Below are positions 42,633-51,739 of a DNA stretch of 64,000 bases, piece by piece (positions within the stretch are counted from its first letter, which is position 1; the number at the start of each line of letters is the position of its first letter). The position numbers and the translations under genes are program-made. Under the pieces are notes generated by a model. It was not told the DNA's origin, did no database searches, and was given only the letters and a program-made list of their open reading frames with translations. This DNA is from Cyanobacteriota bacterium (GTDB taxonomy: Bacteria > Cyanobacteriota > Cyanobacteriia > PCC-6307 > Cyanobiaceae). The DNA lies in assembly GCA_046052125.1 (NCBI GenBank), contig JBJOMY010000001.1, positions 96,001-160,000 on the forward strand. Direction: 5' to 3'.

Positions 42633-43673
42633 ATGCGCCAACTCCTCTCCCGCGGTTCGCTTCTGGCGCTGAGCAGCTCGATCATGCTCACGGCATGCGG
42701 CACCGCCTCGGGCCCCTCGGCTGAGGGCGGCAAGGGCGAGGGCAAGCAGGAGCTGCTGCTCGTGAGCTACGCCGTGACCAAAGGTGCCTACGACAAGATC
42801 CTTCCCAAGTTCGCCGCTGATTGGAAGGCCAAGACCGGCCAGGAGATCAAGATCCGCACCAGCTACGGCGGATCAGGCACCCAAACCCGGGCGGTGATCG
42901 ATGGCCTGGATGCCGATGTCACCACCCTGGCCCTCTCGGCCGATGTGCTCAAGCTGCAGGACGCCGGTCTGATCCAGCCGGGCTGGGAGAAGGAGCTGCC
43001 CAGCGAGAGCATCATCACCAACTCAGCGGTGGCCTTCCTGACCCGCGCCGGCAATCCCAAGGGTGTGCGCACCTGGAAGGATCTGGTGAAGCCTGGGGTG
43101 ACGGTGGTGACCGCCAACCCCAAGACCTCCGGTGGTGCACGCTGGAACTTCCTTGGGCTCTGGGGCTCGGTGAGCCAGACCGGTGGTGATCAGAAGCAGG
43201 CGGAGGCCTACGTCACCAACGTGTACAAGAACGTCGACAACCTGCCGAAGGATGCCCGTGAAGCATCCGACGTGTTCCTGAAGCGCGATCAGGGCGACGT
43301 GCTGTTGAACTACGAGAATGAGGCGATCCTGGCCACCCGCACGGGTGATCTCAAGGCGCCGTTCGTGGTACCCGAGGTGAACATCCGCATCGAGGGCCCT
43401 GTGGCGGTGGTGGACAAGGTGGTGGATCGCAAGGGCACCCGCAAAGCCGCTGAAGCCCTGGCCGCCTACCTCTTCACCGAAGAGGCCCAACAGATCTTTG
43501 CCGAGGAAGGTTTCCGACCCACGAACCCAACGGTGTGGCAACGCGTGAAGGATCGCTTCGCTCCGGTGAAGACCTTCTTCTCGGTGAAGGACTTTGGTGG
43601 CTGGGAGGCTGTCAACAAAACCTTCTTTGACAACGGCGGTCTCTGGGATCGCCTGTTCGCCCAATCGCGCTGA
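42633..43673 (+). CDS. Second sulfate-binding protein, lipoprotein
   Basis: Lipobox LTAC; same Sbp motifs, NYENE. Confidence 0.92.
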   Translation: MRQLLSRGSLLALSSSIMLTACGTASGPSAEGGKGEGKQELLLVSYAVTKGAYDKILPKFAADWKAKTGQEIKIRTSYGGSGTQTRAVIDGLDADVTTLALSADVLKLQDAGLIQPGWEKELPSESIITNSAVAFLTRAGNPKGVRTWKDLVKPGVTVVTANPKTSGGARWNFLGLWGSVSQTGGDQKQAEAYVTNVYKNVDNLPKDAREASDVFLKRDQGDVLLNYENEAILATRTGDLKAPFVVPEVNIRIEGPVAVVDKVVDRKGTRKAAEALAAYLFTEEAQQIFAEEGFRPTNPTVWQRVKDRFAPVKTFFSVKDFGGWEAVNKTFFDNGGLWDRLFAQSR

Positions 43674-43678
43674 CGCCT

Positions 43679-44461
43679 GTGTGTGAACTGCTTGCCCTCA
43701 ACGCCAACACGCCCACCGACATGGCGTTCTCCTTCCGCGGCCTCAGCCGCCGCGGCGGGGCCGTTGGTGAACATGCCGATGGCTGGGGGCTCGCCAGTTT
43801 CACGCCGGATGGCTCAGGTCTCGATCTGATTCGAGAAGACGCACCAGCGGCCTTTTCCCAGCTGGCTGATCAGCTGGCGGAGCGCTCGCCCAAAGCGTTG
43901 GTGTCGATTGCCCACATCCGCAAGGCCACCCAGGGGCTGGTGGCGCTGGAGAACTGCCATCCCTTTGCCCGCAGCTGGAAGGGGCAGACCTGGGTGTTTG
44001 CCCACAACGGCAACCTCGATGGAGCGATACCCAGCGGGGACACCTACCGCCCGTTTGGTTCCACCGACAGCGAAGCAGCCTTCTGCTGGATCCTTGAGCA
44101 ACTCGAGCAGGAGGGCGTGGATCCCGAGAATCCCGAGCAGATCTCAACCCAGCTGCACGCCTACGCCACGGAACTGGCCCGCATGGGCACCTTTAACGCC
44201 CTGATCTCTAACGGCCAGTGGCTGTTCGCCACCGCCACAACCCGCCTGCATTGGCTCACGCGACGGGCACCGTTCACCACGGCCACCCTTGCCGATCCGC
44301 CCCTGCAGATCGATTTCGCGCCGCTCACCTCCAGCTCCGATGTGGTGACGATCCTGAGCACCGAACCGCTCACCACCGATGAAGCCTGGACAGCGGTGGA
44401 GTCCGGCTCCTCAATGCTCTGGATGAACGGCGAGTGCCTGCACCTGCACCACAAGCCATGA
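43679..44461 (+). CDS. Class II glutamine amidotransferase (YafJ/EgtC/Dug3-like Ntn hydrolase)
   Basis: N-terminal M-C nucleophile, DGWG, AHIRKAT, NCHPF, FAHNG, TDSE. Confidence 0.9.
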   Translation: MCELLALNANTPTDMAFSFRGLSRRGGAVGEHADGWGLASFTPDGSGLDLIREDAPAAFSQLADQLAERSPKALVSIAHIRKATQGLVALENCHPFARSWKGQTWVFAHNGNLDGAIPSGDTYRPFGSTDSEAAFCWILEQLEQEGVDPENPEQISTQLHAYATELARMGTFNALISNGQWLFATATTRLHWLTRRAPFTTATLADPPLQIDFAPLTSSSDVVTILSTEPLTTDEAWTAVESGSSMLWMNGECLHLHHKP

Positions 44462-45789
44462 CCACCACGACGCAGCCGGTGACCCTGGCGGAGGCCTCGC
44501 GCTTTTGGTTCAAGCTCGGCTGGGTGAGCTTCGGTGGGCCAGCCGGGCAGATCGCCTTGTTGCAGCGCGAGTTGGTGGAGCGGCGCCGATGGCTCTCGGA
44601 GCGTCGCTATCTGCATGCCCTCAACTACTGCATGTTGTTGCCCGGGCCGGAGGCCATGCAACTGGCCACCTATCTGGGCTGGCTGATGCATGGGGTGCCA
44701 GGTGGACTGATCGCTGGTGGGTTGTTTGTCATCCCCTCGGTGTTCGTGCTCACGGCGCTTTCGAGTGTCTACGCCCTTTGGGGGCAGCTGCCCGTTCTGG
44801 CCTCTGTGTTTGCCGTGCTCAAGCCGGCCGTGTTGGCGATCGTGTTGATGGCGGCCTGGCGCATCGGGCGCCGCACCCTGCGGACTCCGTTGCTGGTGGC
44901 TTTAGCCGTGGCCGGATTCCTGGCCATGGTGCTGTTGAACCTTCCTTATCCGCTCGTGGTGATCACCGCCGGGGTGATCGGCCTGGTGGTGGCCCGTTGG
45001 CGCCCGGCTCTCTTGGTGTCTGGCGCCCATGGAGCTGGTTCTGCCCCAGGCAGTGCGGATCTGCCTGAAGCGTTGCACGACGATCACACCGCCAGCCCAG
45101 AGCACGCCCGTTTCTCGAAGCGCAAGTTGGCGCTCACCTTGTTGATCTGGGCGTTGGCGTTGGTGGTTCCCCTGACTGCTGTGGTGGCGATCGGCGGTTG
45201 GAACGGCACCTTGGCCGTGATGGCCCGCTTCTTCACGCGGGTGGCGCTGCTCAGCTTTGGCGGCGCCTATGCCGTGTTGCCCTACGTGGCCCAGGGGGCG
45301 GTGGAGCAGTTCGGTTGGCTGTCGGCGGGTCAGATGCTCGATGGCTTGGCCCTGGGGGAAACCACGCCCGGCCCGCTGATCATGGTGGTGGCCTTCGTGG
45401 GCTTCATGGGCGGCTGGAATCAGGCCCTGGCGGCAGCACTCTCGCCCTGGCCGCTGGCTCTTGCGGCGGTGGCTGTCACCGTGTGGTTCACCTTCCTGCC
45501 CTCCTTTGGCTTCATCCTGGCGGGTGCGCCGTTGGTGGAGGCCTCACGAGGCGATCTGCGTTTTGGTGCCCCGCTCAGCGCCATCACTGCTGTGGTGGTG
45601 GGGGTGATCGCCAGCCTGGCGCTGTTCTTTGCCGGACCGGTGCTGTTCAGCGATGGTGCGTTTCAGCCCTTGGCTGCCCTCGTGGTGATCGCGGCCTTGA
45701 TTGCGCAACTGAAGTGGCGTTGGAGTGTGCTCCGCGTGATCGGCGTTGCAGCGGTTGTTGGCGTGGCGGCCGGTTTGCTCGTGCGTTGA
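44458..45789 (+). CDS. chrA: Chromate ion transporter (CHR family, long chain)
   Basis: SFGGPAGQ, LPGPEA, SFGGAYAV, TPGP duplicated halves. Confidence 0.92.
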   Translation: MTTTTQPVTLAEASRFWFKLGWVSFGGPAGQIALLQRELVERRRWLSERRYLHALNYCMLLPGPEAMQLATYLGWLMHGVPGGLIAGGLFVIPSVFVLTALSSVYALWGQLPVLASVFAVLKPAVLAIVLMAAWRIGRRTLRTPLLVALAVAGFLAMVLLNLPYPLVVITAGVIGLVVARWRPALLVSGAHGAGSAPGSADLPEALHDDHTASPEHARFSKRKLALTLLIWALALVVPLTAVVAIGGWNGTLAVMARFFTRVALLSFGGAYAVLPYVAQGAVEQFGWLSAGQMLDGLALGETTPGPLIMVVAFVGFMGGWNQALAAALSPWPLALAAVAVTVWFTFLPSFGFILAGAPLVEASRGDLRFGAPLSAITAVVVGVIASLALFFAGPVLFSDGAFQPLAALVVIAALIAQLKWRWSVLRVIGVAAVVGVAAGLLVR

Positions 45790-45833
45790 CCCCCGATCCC
45801 ATTCCTAGGCTCAGCTCTCGCTCCCGGGCTGTG

Positions 45834-46262
45834 ATGCAGCGCAAGAGTTGGTATGAGGACGTCTCACGACTCACGGCGCGGCTGGCGGGAAAAGCGGCCA
45901 CCTTCACCCTGGCCTGCTCAGTGGTGCTGCTCTGGTTGCTGACCGGCCCGCTCTTTGGCTACAGCGACACCTGGCAACTGGCCATCAACACCGCCACCAC
46001 CATCGTGACGTTTCTGATGGTGTTTCTGATCCAGCACACCCAGAACGTGGATACCGAAGCGCTGCAGATCAAGCTCGATGAATTGATCCGCGCCACCCAG
46101 GGGGCGCACAACGCCCTGCTCGATCTGGAGGAGATGACCGACCGCCAGCTCGATCAATTCCGCGATCGCTACGAAGCCTTGGCCCAGGCGGCGCGACAAC
46201 GCCTCGGATCCGATGAGATCACCCTGGGCACCCCAGCGATCACCCTCGACGACAACGACTAG
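45834..46262 (+). CDS. Low-affinity iron permease (Fet4-like) small membrane protein
   Basis: SDTWQL.INT.TTIVTFLMVFLIQ.TQN...QIKLDELIRA. Confidence 0.85.
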   Translation: MQRKSWYEDVSRLTARLAGKAATFTLACSVVLLWLLTGPLFGYSDTWQLAINTATTIVTFLMVFLIQHTQNVDTEALQIKLDELIRATQGAHNALLDLEEMTDRQLDQFRDRYEALAQAARQRLGSDEITLGTPAITLDDND

Positions 46263-46390
46263 CGCTGGCTGGCTTCTTCGCTGGTGTCCGAGCCGTTCTG
46301 GTGACCGTTGAGGTGCTTCTCGCAGGCGGAGGCGTTCAGACCACTCAGCAGAGCCGCTGAGGCGAGAACAAACAGCAGCAGGCGCTTCAT
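46259..46390 (-). CDS. 43-aa secreted peptide (below ORF-track cutoff)
   Basis: MKRLLLFVLASAALLSGLNASA|CEKHLNGHQNGSDTSEEASQR. Confidence 0.6.
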   Translation of the reverse strand: MKRLLLFVLASAALLSGLNASACEKHLNGHQNGSDTSEEASQR

Positions 46391-46449
46391 CGAGATGCCA
46401 CAACTGGGCGAAGCCTATGCATGGCCAAGCGGCTTTGCAGCTCGGATTT

Positions 46450-46881
46450 CTATTTCGTGGTGTTCTCCAGTTGTTCCAGGCCCTTGCGCAGTAACTGCTG
46501 GCCCCCCTCGATCAGCCGTTGTTGATCCGCTTTGAACTGGCAGCTGGCGGTGCGGTACTGAATGGTTTTGCTCATCGGTACGTACCAGAGCGCATCGATT
46601 TTGCAGAAGTTGCGGCCCTTCTTGGCGGGCTGATCCTGCAGGAGTTCGCCGTTGAGGCAGCGGTAACCGCTGCGCTCTTTGCCTTCGCGCAGGCAGCTGC
46701 CGAGGTTGCGCACGAAGATCGCTTCACCGTTGCGCTTGAACACCTGGTTGGCGTATCCGGCAAACGACACCGGGTCGTAGCTGAACGGTGCGGCTTGGGC
46801 GCTGCCTGCCAGCGCAGCCAACAGCAGAAGCGGGTGGAAACGACGAAACACCGGTGGAACGTGAAACCAGACACCCATCAT
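46450..46881 (-). CDS. Secreted hypothetical protein with four Cys; start 46881 or 46851
   Basis: Signal peptide ending AQA; strong codon bias. Confidence 0.7.
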   Translation of the reverse strand: MMGVWFHVPPVFRRFHPLLLLAALAGSAQAAPFSYDPVSFAGYANQVFKRNGEAIFVRNLGSCLREGKERSGYRCLNGELLQDQPAKKGRNFCKIDALWYVPMSKTIQYRTASCQFKADQQRLIEGGQQLLRKGLEQLENTTK

Positions 46882-46940
46882 CAAAGCTGGCCGAAGCCTG
46901 CAGTTCTGTAAGGATCGAGTCATCCGTTGCCTCTGGCGCG

Positions 46941-48056
46941 TTGTCGATCGCAAAGCTGCGGGCTGCTGTGATCGGGCTGATCCTGGCGGGGGCGCCCGCT
47001 CAGGCTGCTCCCGTGTTGCGGGTGGGCGTGGCCGATGGTGCCCAACCCTGCAGCTACCGGCAACAGGGCAGCTGGAGCGGGATGGCCGTGGAGCTCTGGC
47101 AGCGCGTGGCCGATGAGGAACAGCTTCCTTATGTATTGGTGCCGGGGCAGAGCGCCGCAACGCTCTTGGCCGCCACCCAGCGCGGTGACCTGGATGTGGC
47201 GATCGGCTGCATCACCGTGTCGCCGGAGCGGTTGCGCAGCAATCGCTTCTCGCTGCCCTTCCAGGAAACGGGCCTCGGCGTGATGACGCGGCGCACCCGC
47301 TTGGATCTGGGGGTGTCGCTGTTGCAGTCGCTGCTGTCGCCCGATCTGATTCGGCTGCTTCTGGCTTATGTGGGCCTGATCGGGGTGTTGAGCGTGGCGG
47401 TGTGGCGGGTGGAGCGCGCCGGCAGCAAACCGGCGGAGTGGCCGGTGGGCAAGCGTCGCGGCTTCGCTTTGATCTTCCAGGTGCTTGCCACAGGGCCTGG
47501 CACCAACACGGTGGTGGTGACCTCGCGGGGCCATTCCCTGGTGTTTCTGGCCTACCTGGTGCGCATCGTGAGCGCGTCGCTGTTGGTGAGCTTCGTGACG
47601 ATCAACGTGGTGCGCGGCAGCGAGGACGCCTCCGGCAACGCCCTGCGCAGCCTGCGCGATCTGGCAGGACATCGGGTGGGTGTGCGGCAGGGCAGCGTGA
47701 GCGAACAGCTGCTGCAGCGCTTGAACCAAGGCGGGCTGAAGCCCACGATTCGGCTGCGGGAGCTGAAACAGGTGCTTGATGCCGATGAACTGCTCAGCGC
47801 CGGCGCCGTGGATGCGGTGATGGCCGATGAGATCCAGTTCGAATATCTGATGCATCAGCTGGCCGATCCCCGCTATGGCCTAGCGCTGCGCAACCTGCAC
47901 CCCCAATCGCAGGCGTTTGCCTTCTCGCCAACCCTGGATGAGGCCACCGCCAACAAGATCGATATGGCCCTGGGCCGGCTCAAGCGCGATGGGGTGGTGA
48001 GCCAGCTGCGCCGGCAGGCGATCTACGGGCCGCCGGATCAAGGGCAGGTTGAGTGA
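46941..48056 (+). CDS. GluR0-like ligand-gated channel (SBP family 3 domain split by TM segments); start uncertain
   Basis: S1 (G...ELW, DVAIGCITVSPER, FSLPF), M1-P-M2, S2 (SLRDL.G.RVGV, VDAV). Confidence 0.78.
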   Translation: MSIAKLRAAVIGLILAGAPAQAAPVLRVGVADGAQPCSYRQQGSWSGMAVELWQRVADEEQLPYVLVPGQSAATLLAATQRGDLDVAIGCITVSPERLRSNRFSLPFQETGLGVMTRRTRLDLGVSLLQSLLSPDLIRLLLAYVGLIGVLSVAVWRVERAGSKPAEWPVGKRRGFALIFQVLATGPGTNTVVVTSRGHSLVFLAYLVRIVSASLLVSFVTINVVRGSEDASGNALRSLRDLAGHRVGVRQGSVSEQLLQRLNQGGLKPTIRLRELKQVLDADELLSAGAVDAVMADEIQFEYLMHQLADPRYGLALRNLHPQSQAFAFSPTLDEATANKIDMALGRLKRDGVVSQLRRQAIYGPPDQGQVE

Positions 48057-49351
48057 TCCATCAGCGCCTTGCTCTGCTGCTCGTTCCAGCCCTCACCCCG
48101 CAGCGGTGCTGCCAGGGCCTCGCTCACAGCGCTCACCAAGAGCAGCACCGGGAACAGCTGTGGATCGCCTTGCAGCGTGAACACGAACACCGCACAGAAG
48201 ATCGGTGTTCCATTGGCGCCGGCAAACAGGGCCGTCGCTCCCACGGCCGCCAGTTGAGCCAGGGCAGCACCAGACAACTGCGCCAGCGGCGGTAGCCACG
48301 CCAGGGCGCCTGGCAGGAGGGAGCCAAGGGTCATCACGTCGTGCATCAGGCCACCGGGTGCCCCTGCCGCGATGCTCAACAGAGAGGCCAGCCATCGCCA
48401 GAGCAAGGTGAACGGCGGGCCGCCACTGCTCCCTTGCAGGGCAGCGCCAAGCGAGAGGCTTCCGTCGTTGAGGCTCAAGCCCCCGCTGATCAGTGCCAAC
48501 AGGCTCAAGCACGTTGCGATCGCGAGCGTGACCGCAACCCGGCGCCGTTTGATTCCGCGCTGCACGACGGCGGCCAGGGCAATCAGCAGCCGCACGAACA
48601 CCCCGCCGAGCACGGCGCCAATCAGCGTGATCACCACGATCCAGGGCCAGAGCGTCGCTTCTATGGAGCCAAGCTGAAGGCCTGGTAAGCGAGCTGGCTG
48701 ACCCAATCGGCTGTTCACCAGGGCACCGGTTCCCGCCATCAACAACGCCGGCACCACCAGCGGTAGCCCGGAGCGCCGGCCTAATTCCTCAACGCCATAC
48801 ACCACACCCAGCAACGGCGAGCGAAAGGCTGCACCAAGACCGGCGGCACCACCAATCACCCCCACCAGGGGCAGGGGCATCGCTGCCAGGGGAGACCACT
48901 GAGGCCAGCGCCGCCGGATCGCCAACAACACGCTGGCGCCCAGCGCCGCCGATGGTGATTCCACGCCAACGCTTAGGCCACCGAGATGGGTGAGCACCAC
49001 GAGCGGCAAGCGGATGAGCTGGCTGCGCAGGCTGAGCTTTCCGAGCCATTGCGTTTCACGGCTCTCCTCCAGCGCAGCAGCACTGCGATCCAGAGCGATC
49101 ACCGGCGCGACACCGCCACCACGGCCAGGTGACAGCGGCCCCCATGCCAGGACGAGACACGCAACGGTGGATGCGAAGACAACGACAACGCCACGCCATG
49201 GCGACGTGTCTTGTGCTGTTGCCACCCCAGGCAGAGGCCAGAGAGCCCGTTGGAGCGCAAAGCCCAGCTCAGAGAGGGCCTGGTACGGCCACTCCACCAG
49301 CCCGATCAACAGGCCGAACGACAACAACCACAGCAGATTTACTCGGCTCAA
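48038..49351 (-). CDS. ClC family chloride channel/transporter without CBS domains
   Basis: GGGV, SVGVESP, AAGLGAAFRSPL.G. Confidence 0.82.
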   Translation of the reverse strand: MSRVNLLWLLSFGLLIGLVEWPYQALSELGFALQRALWPLPGVATAQDTSPWRGVVVVFASTVACLVLAWGPLSPGRGGGVAPVIALDRSAAALEESRETQWLGKLSLRSQLIRLPLVVLTHLGGLSVGVESPSAALGASVLLAIRRRWPQWSPLAAMPLPLVGVIGGAAGLGAAFRSPLLGVVYGVEELGRRSGLPLVVPALLMAGTGALVNSRLGQPARLPGLQLGSIEATLWPWIVVITLIGAVLGGVFVRLLIALAAVVQRGIKRRRVAVTLAIATCLSLLALISGGLSLNDGSLSLGAALQGSSGGPPFTLLWRWLASLLSIAAGAPGGLMHDVMTLGSLLPGALAWLPPLAQLSGAALAQLAAVGATALFAGANGTPIFCAVFVFTLQGDPQLFPVLLLVSAVSEALAAPLRGEGWNEQQSKALMDHSTCP

Positions 49352-49408
49352 GCGGGTGTAGATCGCGTAGGGACATTTCCAGCACCATCCATAGGCGGAA
49401 CTATGTAA

Positions 49409-49597
49409 TTAAGGATTGGGTTGTGCGCTGAGGCGATCGGCTAACGCCAGACAGTGGTCCATTTCCTCCCACAACAACTGGCGCCGTTCGGCTGTCACCG
49501 AAAAGGAGCGGTGATGGAGATCGCGGCCCAGGTAGCGCAGGGCATCACAGATGCGTCGCCAATCTTCGGGGCTGAGTGGTTCGGTGCTGAGAGTCAT
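49409..49597 (-). CDS. Small hypothetical protein
   Basis: Helical 62-aa ORF with coding-like composition. Confidence 0.55.
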   Translation of the reverse strand: MTLSTEPLSPEDWRRICDALRYLGRDLHHRSFSVTAERRQLLWEEMDHCLALADRLSAQPNP

Positions 49598-49658
49598 GGC
49601 GCAATCCTGCCTGGGCTGCCGCTCCTGCGCATGATGGGGTGACCAAGCCCTCGTTCTG

Positions 49659-50363
49659 ATGCCAGCGGCCGCGATGGGCCCAGCACTGTTGTTCGTGATC
49701 ACGAGCGAATCGGCTCTGCCGGATCACCCCTGCAGCCTTGAGGAGCTGCGTGATGCACAACAACTCGGGCCCCATTCGGGGTTTGCACTGCGCTTGTTCA
49801 GCTCTGGTCCGCAGGCCATGGAGGAGTTATCCACCTTCCCGCTGGATGGACGACTGACCGGCGCCGGGAAGCGGATGCCGGATGGTCCTCAACTGATCTG
49901 TGACGCGTTGCTGCCTCGCTACGAGCCGGAGCGCCATTGGCTCGGCGTCTACGCCGCGGATTCAGTCGATGCATCGACCTTCACCTGCCTTGATCGCTTT
50001 GCCCTCAAGGACGCCAACAATGAGACCTGCTGGTTTTATCCCACCCACGACGGCACCTTTCTGAGCTGGGAGCGGGATCTCCAACTCGCCCTACAGCCTG
50101 GATCTGTTGTTGATCCTTCACTCGAGCTGCTGAGCGCGCCTTACGAGCGCGGGCGCATCTCCCTGCTCTGGAGCCTGCTGAAAGACGACGACAGCCTCAC
50201 CAGCGTTGGGATCACCTATGGCGGGCAACGGTTGGAATGGCAACCGCAGATCCTTAAGGCCGAACCGCAAGCCGCCTGGAGCTGCTTTCAGGTGGATAGC
50301 TCAAGCACACCCAGCCTTGTGGTGGCTGCCAGTGAGGTTGTTCGAGAAGCGATCGATCCCTGA
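49659..50363 (+). CDS. Hypothetical protein
   Basis: 234-aa ORF; no family recognised. Confidence 0.6.
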   Translation: MPAAAMGPALLFVITSESALPDHPCSLEELRDAQQLGPHSGFALRLFSSGPQAMEELSTFPLDGRLTGAGKRMPDGPQLICDALLPRYEPERHWLGVYAADSVDASTFTCLDRFALKDANNETCWFYPTHDGTFLSWERDLQLALQPGSVVDPSLELLSAPYERGRISLLWSLLKDDDSLTSVGITYGGQRLEWQPQILKAEPQAAWSCFQVDSSSTPSLVVAASEVVREAIDP

Positions 50364-50580
50364 GTGAAGACGCCCTTGATGAATTCCACCGTGGTTGATC
50401 AGGTGCTCAGGCCTCGACAGGGGCCGATGCTGTGGTTGAATCAATGCACTGCAGAAGATGACACCTGCACGCAGGAGGGGGTCTGAGGAGGCCTCCTTTT
50501 TTGTGTAAAGCAAATCTTCCATGCGATCTAGCGATCATCACCAGCAAGCGTTACGCTCGCAATAGATTTCCACTCACTAC

Positions 50581-50946
50581 ATGCTCACAGGTTCTGAATT
50601 GCTCGCCAAGGTGAAAGACCTCGGCGATGTTTCCAAATCTGATCTGGTGCGCAGCTGCGGCTACGTGAGCACCAAAAAAGATGGTGGCGAACGGCTGAAC
50701 TTCACCGCCTTCTACGAAGCCCTGTTGGAGGCCAAAGGCCTGAGCCTGGGCAATGACGGTGCGGGTCGCGGCAAGGCGGGCCGCAAACTCAGCTATGTGG
50801 CCACCGTGCAAGGCAACGGCAATCTCCTGGTGGGCAAGGCCTACACCGCCATGCTCGATCTCAAGCCTGGCGATGAGTTTGAAATCAAGCTGGGCCGCAA
50901 GCAGGTGCGGCTGATTCCGGTGGGCGGTGTGGACGAAGAGGAGTGA
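50581..50946 (+). CDS. Cyanobacterial AbrB-like regulator (cyAbrB)
   Basis: MLTGSELLAKVK, CGY, FYEALLEAKG, NGNLLVGKAYT, FEIKLGRK. Confidence 0.92.
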   Translation: MLTGSELLAKVKDLGDVSKSDLVRSCGYVSTKKDGGERLNFTAFYEALLEAKGLSLGNDGAGRGKAGRKLSYVATVQGNGNLLVGKAYTAMLDLKPGDEFEIKLGRKQVRLIPVGGVDEEE

Positions 50947-50986
50947 GGCTGGGCGCTCGATCCGAGTGCTGGCTTCCCGCTGAACC

Positions 50987-51012
50987 AACCCCTGCTGAGG
51001 CCGGGGTTTTTT
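50987..51012 (+). terminator. Terminator after cyAbrB
   Basis: AACCCC-loop-GGGGTT then T-run. Confidence 0.6.
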
Positions 51013-51576
51013 AGTGGCGCAGAGTATTCGTCACTGGATCAGCAACAGGAACGCGCCTTCAACACAGAGAGTGTGAGCCGCGAGATCGAGACCATCACCG
51101 ATCTGGGATCAGAGAAACGCGCTGCATTGCTGCGTGTTTGCAGCAGTACGGGAACAGGAACCTCCAAGCACTCATCACTGAGCGCCAATCGGCGTAACTT
51201 GAAATTGAGGGAAGGGACGGGAGCAAACCCAACCTTCACCCCCAACAGAGTCCGGCCAGGGATCACCCGAGCCGGTGCGCACAACGGAGGTGCGCTCGAT
51301 ATGCGTGAAACCCACGGTGAACTCGGTGATGTGGCGAGCACATCACCCCGTAGCCGCAACAGCGATACGCCACTGCGAATCCCACGATTGTTGATCCCCC
51401 GGGCTGCATAACCCGGGCCGCGATCACCACTGATGAGGTCAAGCCCCGAGCATCTCTCACCAGAGCCGTGATCGTTCTCCTTGCCTGCCAGGCCCCAGAC
51501 AGGTGAATCGTGATTCCACCAGACACCCGACCAAGTCGACCGCAAAATGCCAGCGGTGAACCTTGCAACCGGTGCT

Positions 51577-51600
51577 AAGGCGCCCCACACGGGGCGCCTT
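51577..51600. repeat. Perfect 10-bp inverted repeat
   Basis: AAGGCGCCCC-acac-GGGGCGCCTT. Confidence 0.8.
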
Positions 51601-51739
51601 GTTTTGAGGCGGCTTCGGCCTGATGGTGCTCAATCGGCTGTGTCGCGATCCCAACGATCAGCCGCCATGATCGGCATTCGAAAGGTCTGATTTTGCTTTC
51701 ACCCCATCACCCGCGTGGCAACACCTTCTGGAAATCGCG

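Noticed and set aside
45198..45833. Long N-terminal extension of the iron-permease ORF
   Set aside because: Alternative frame inside chrA
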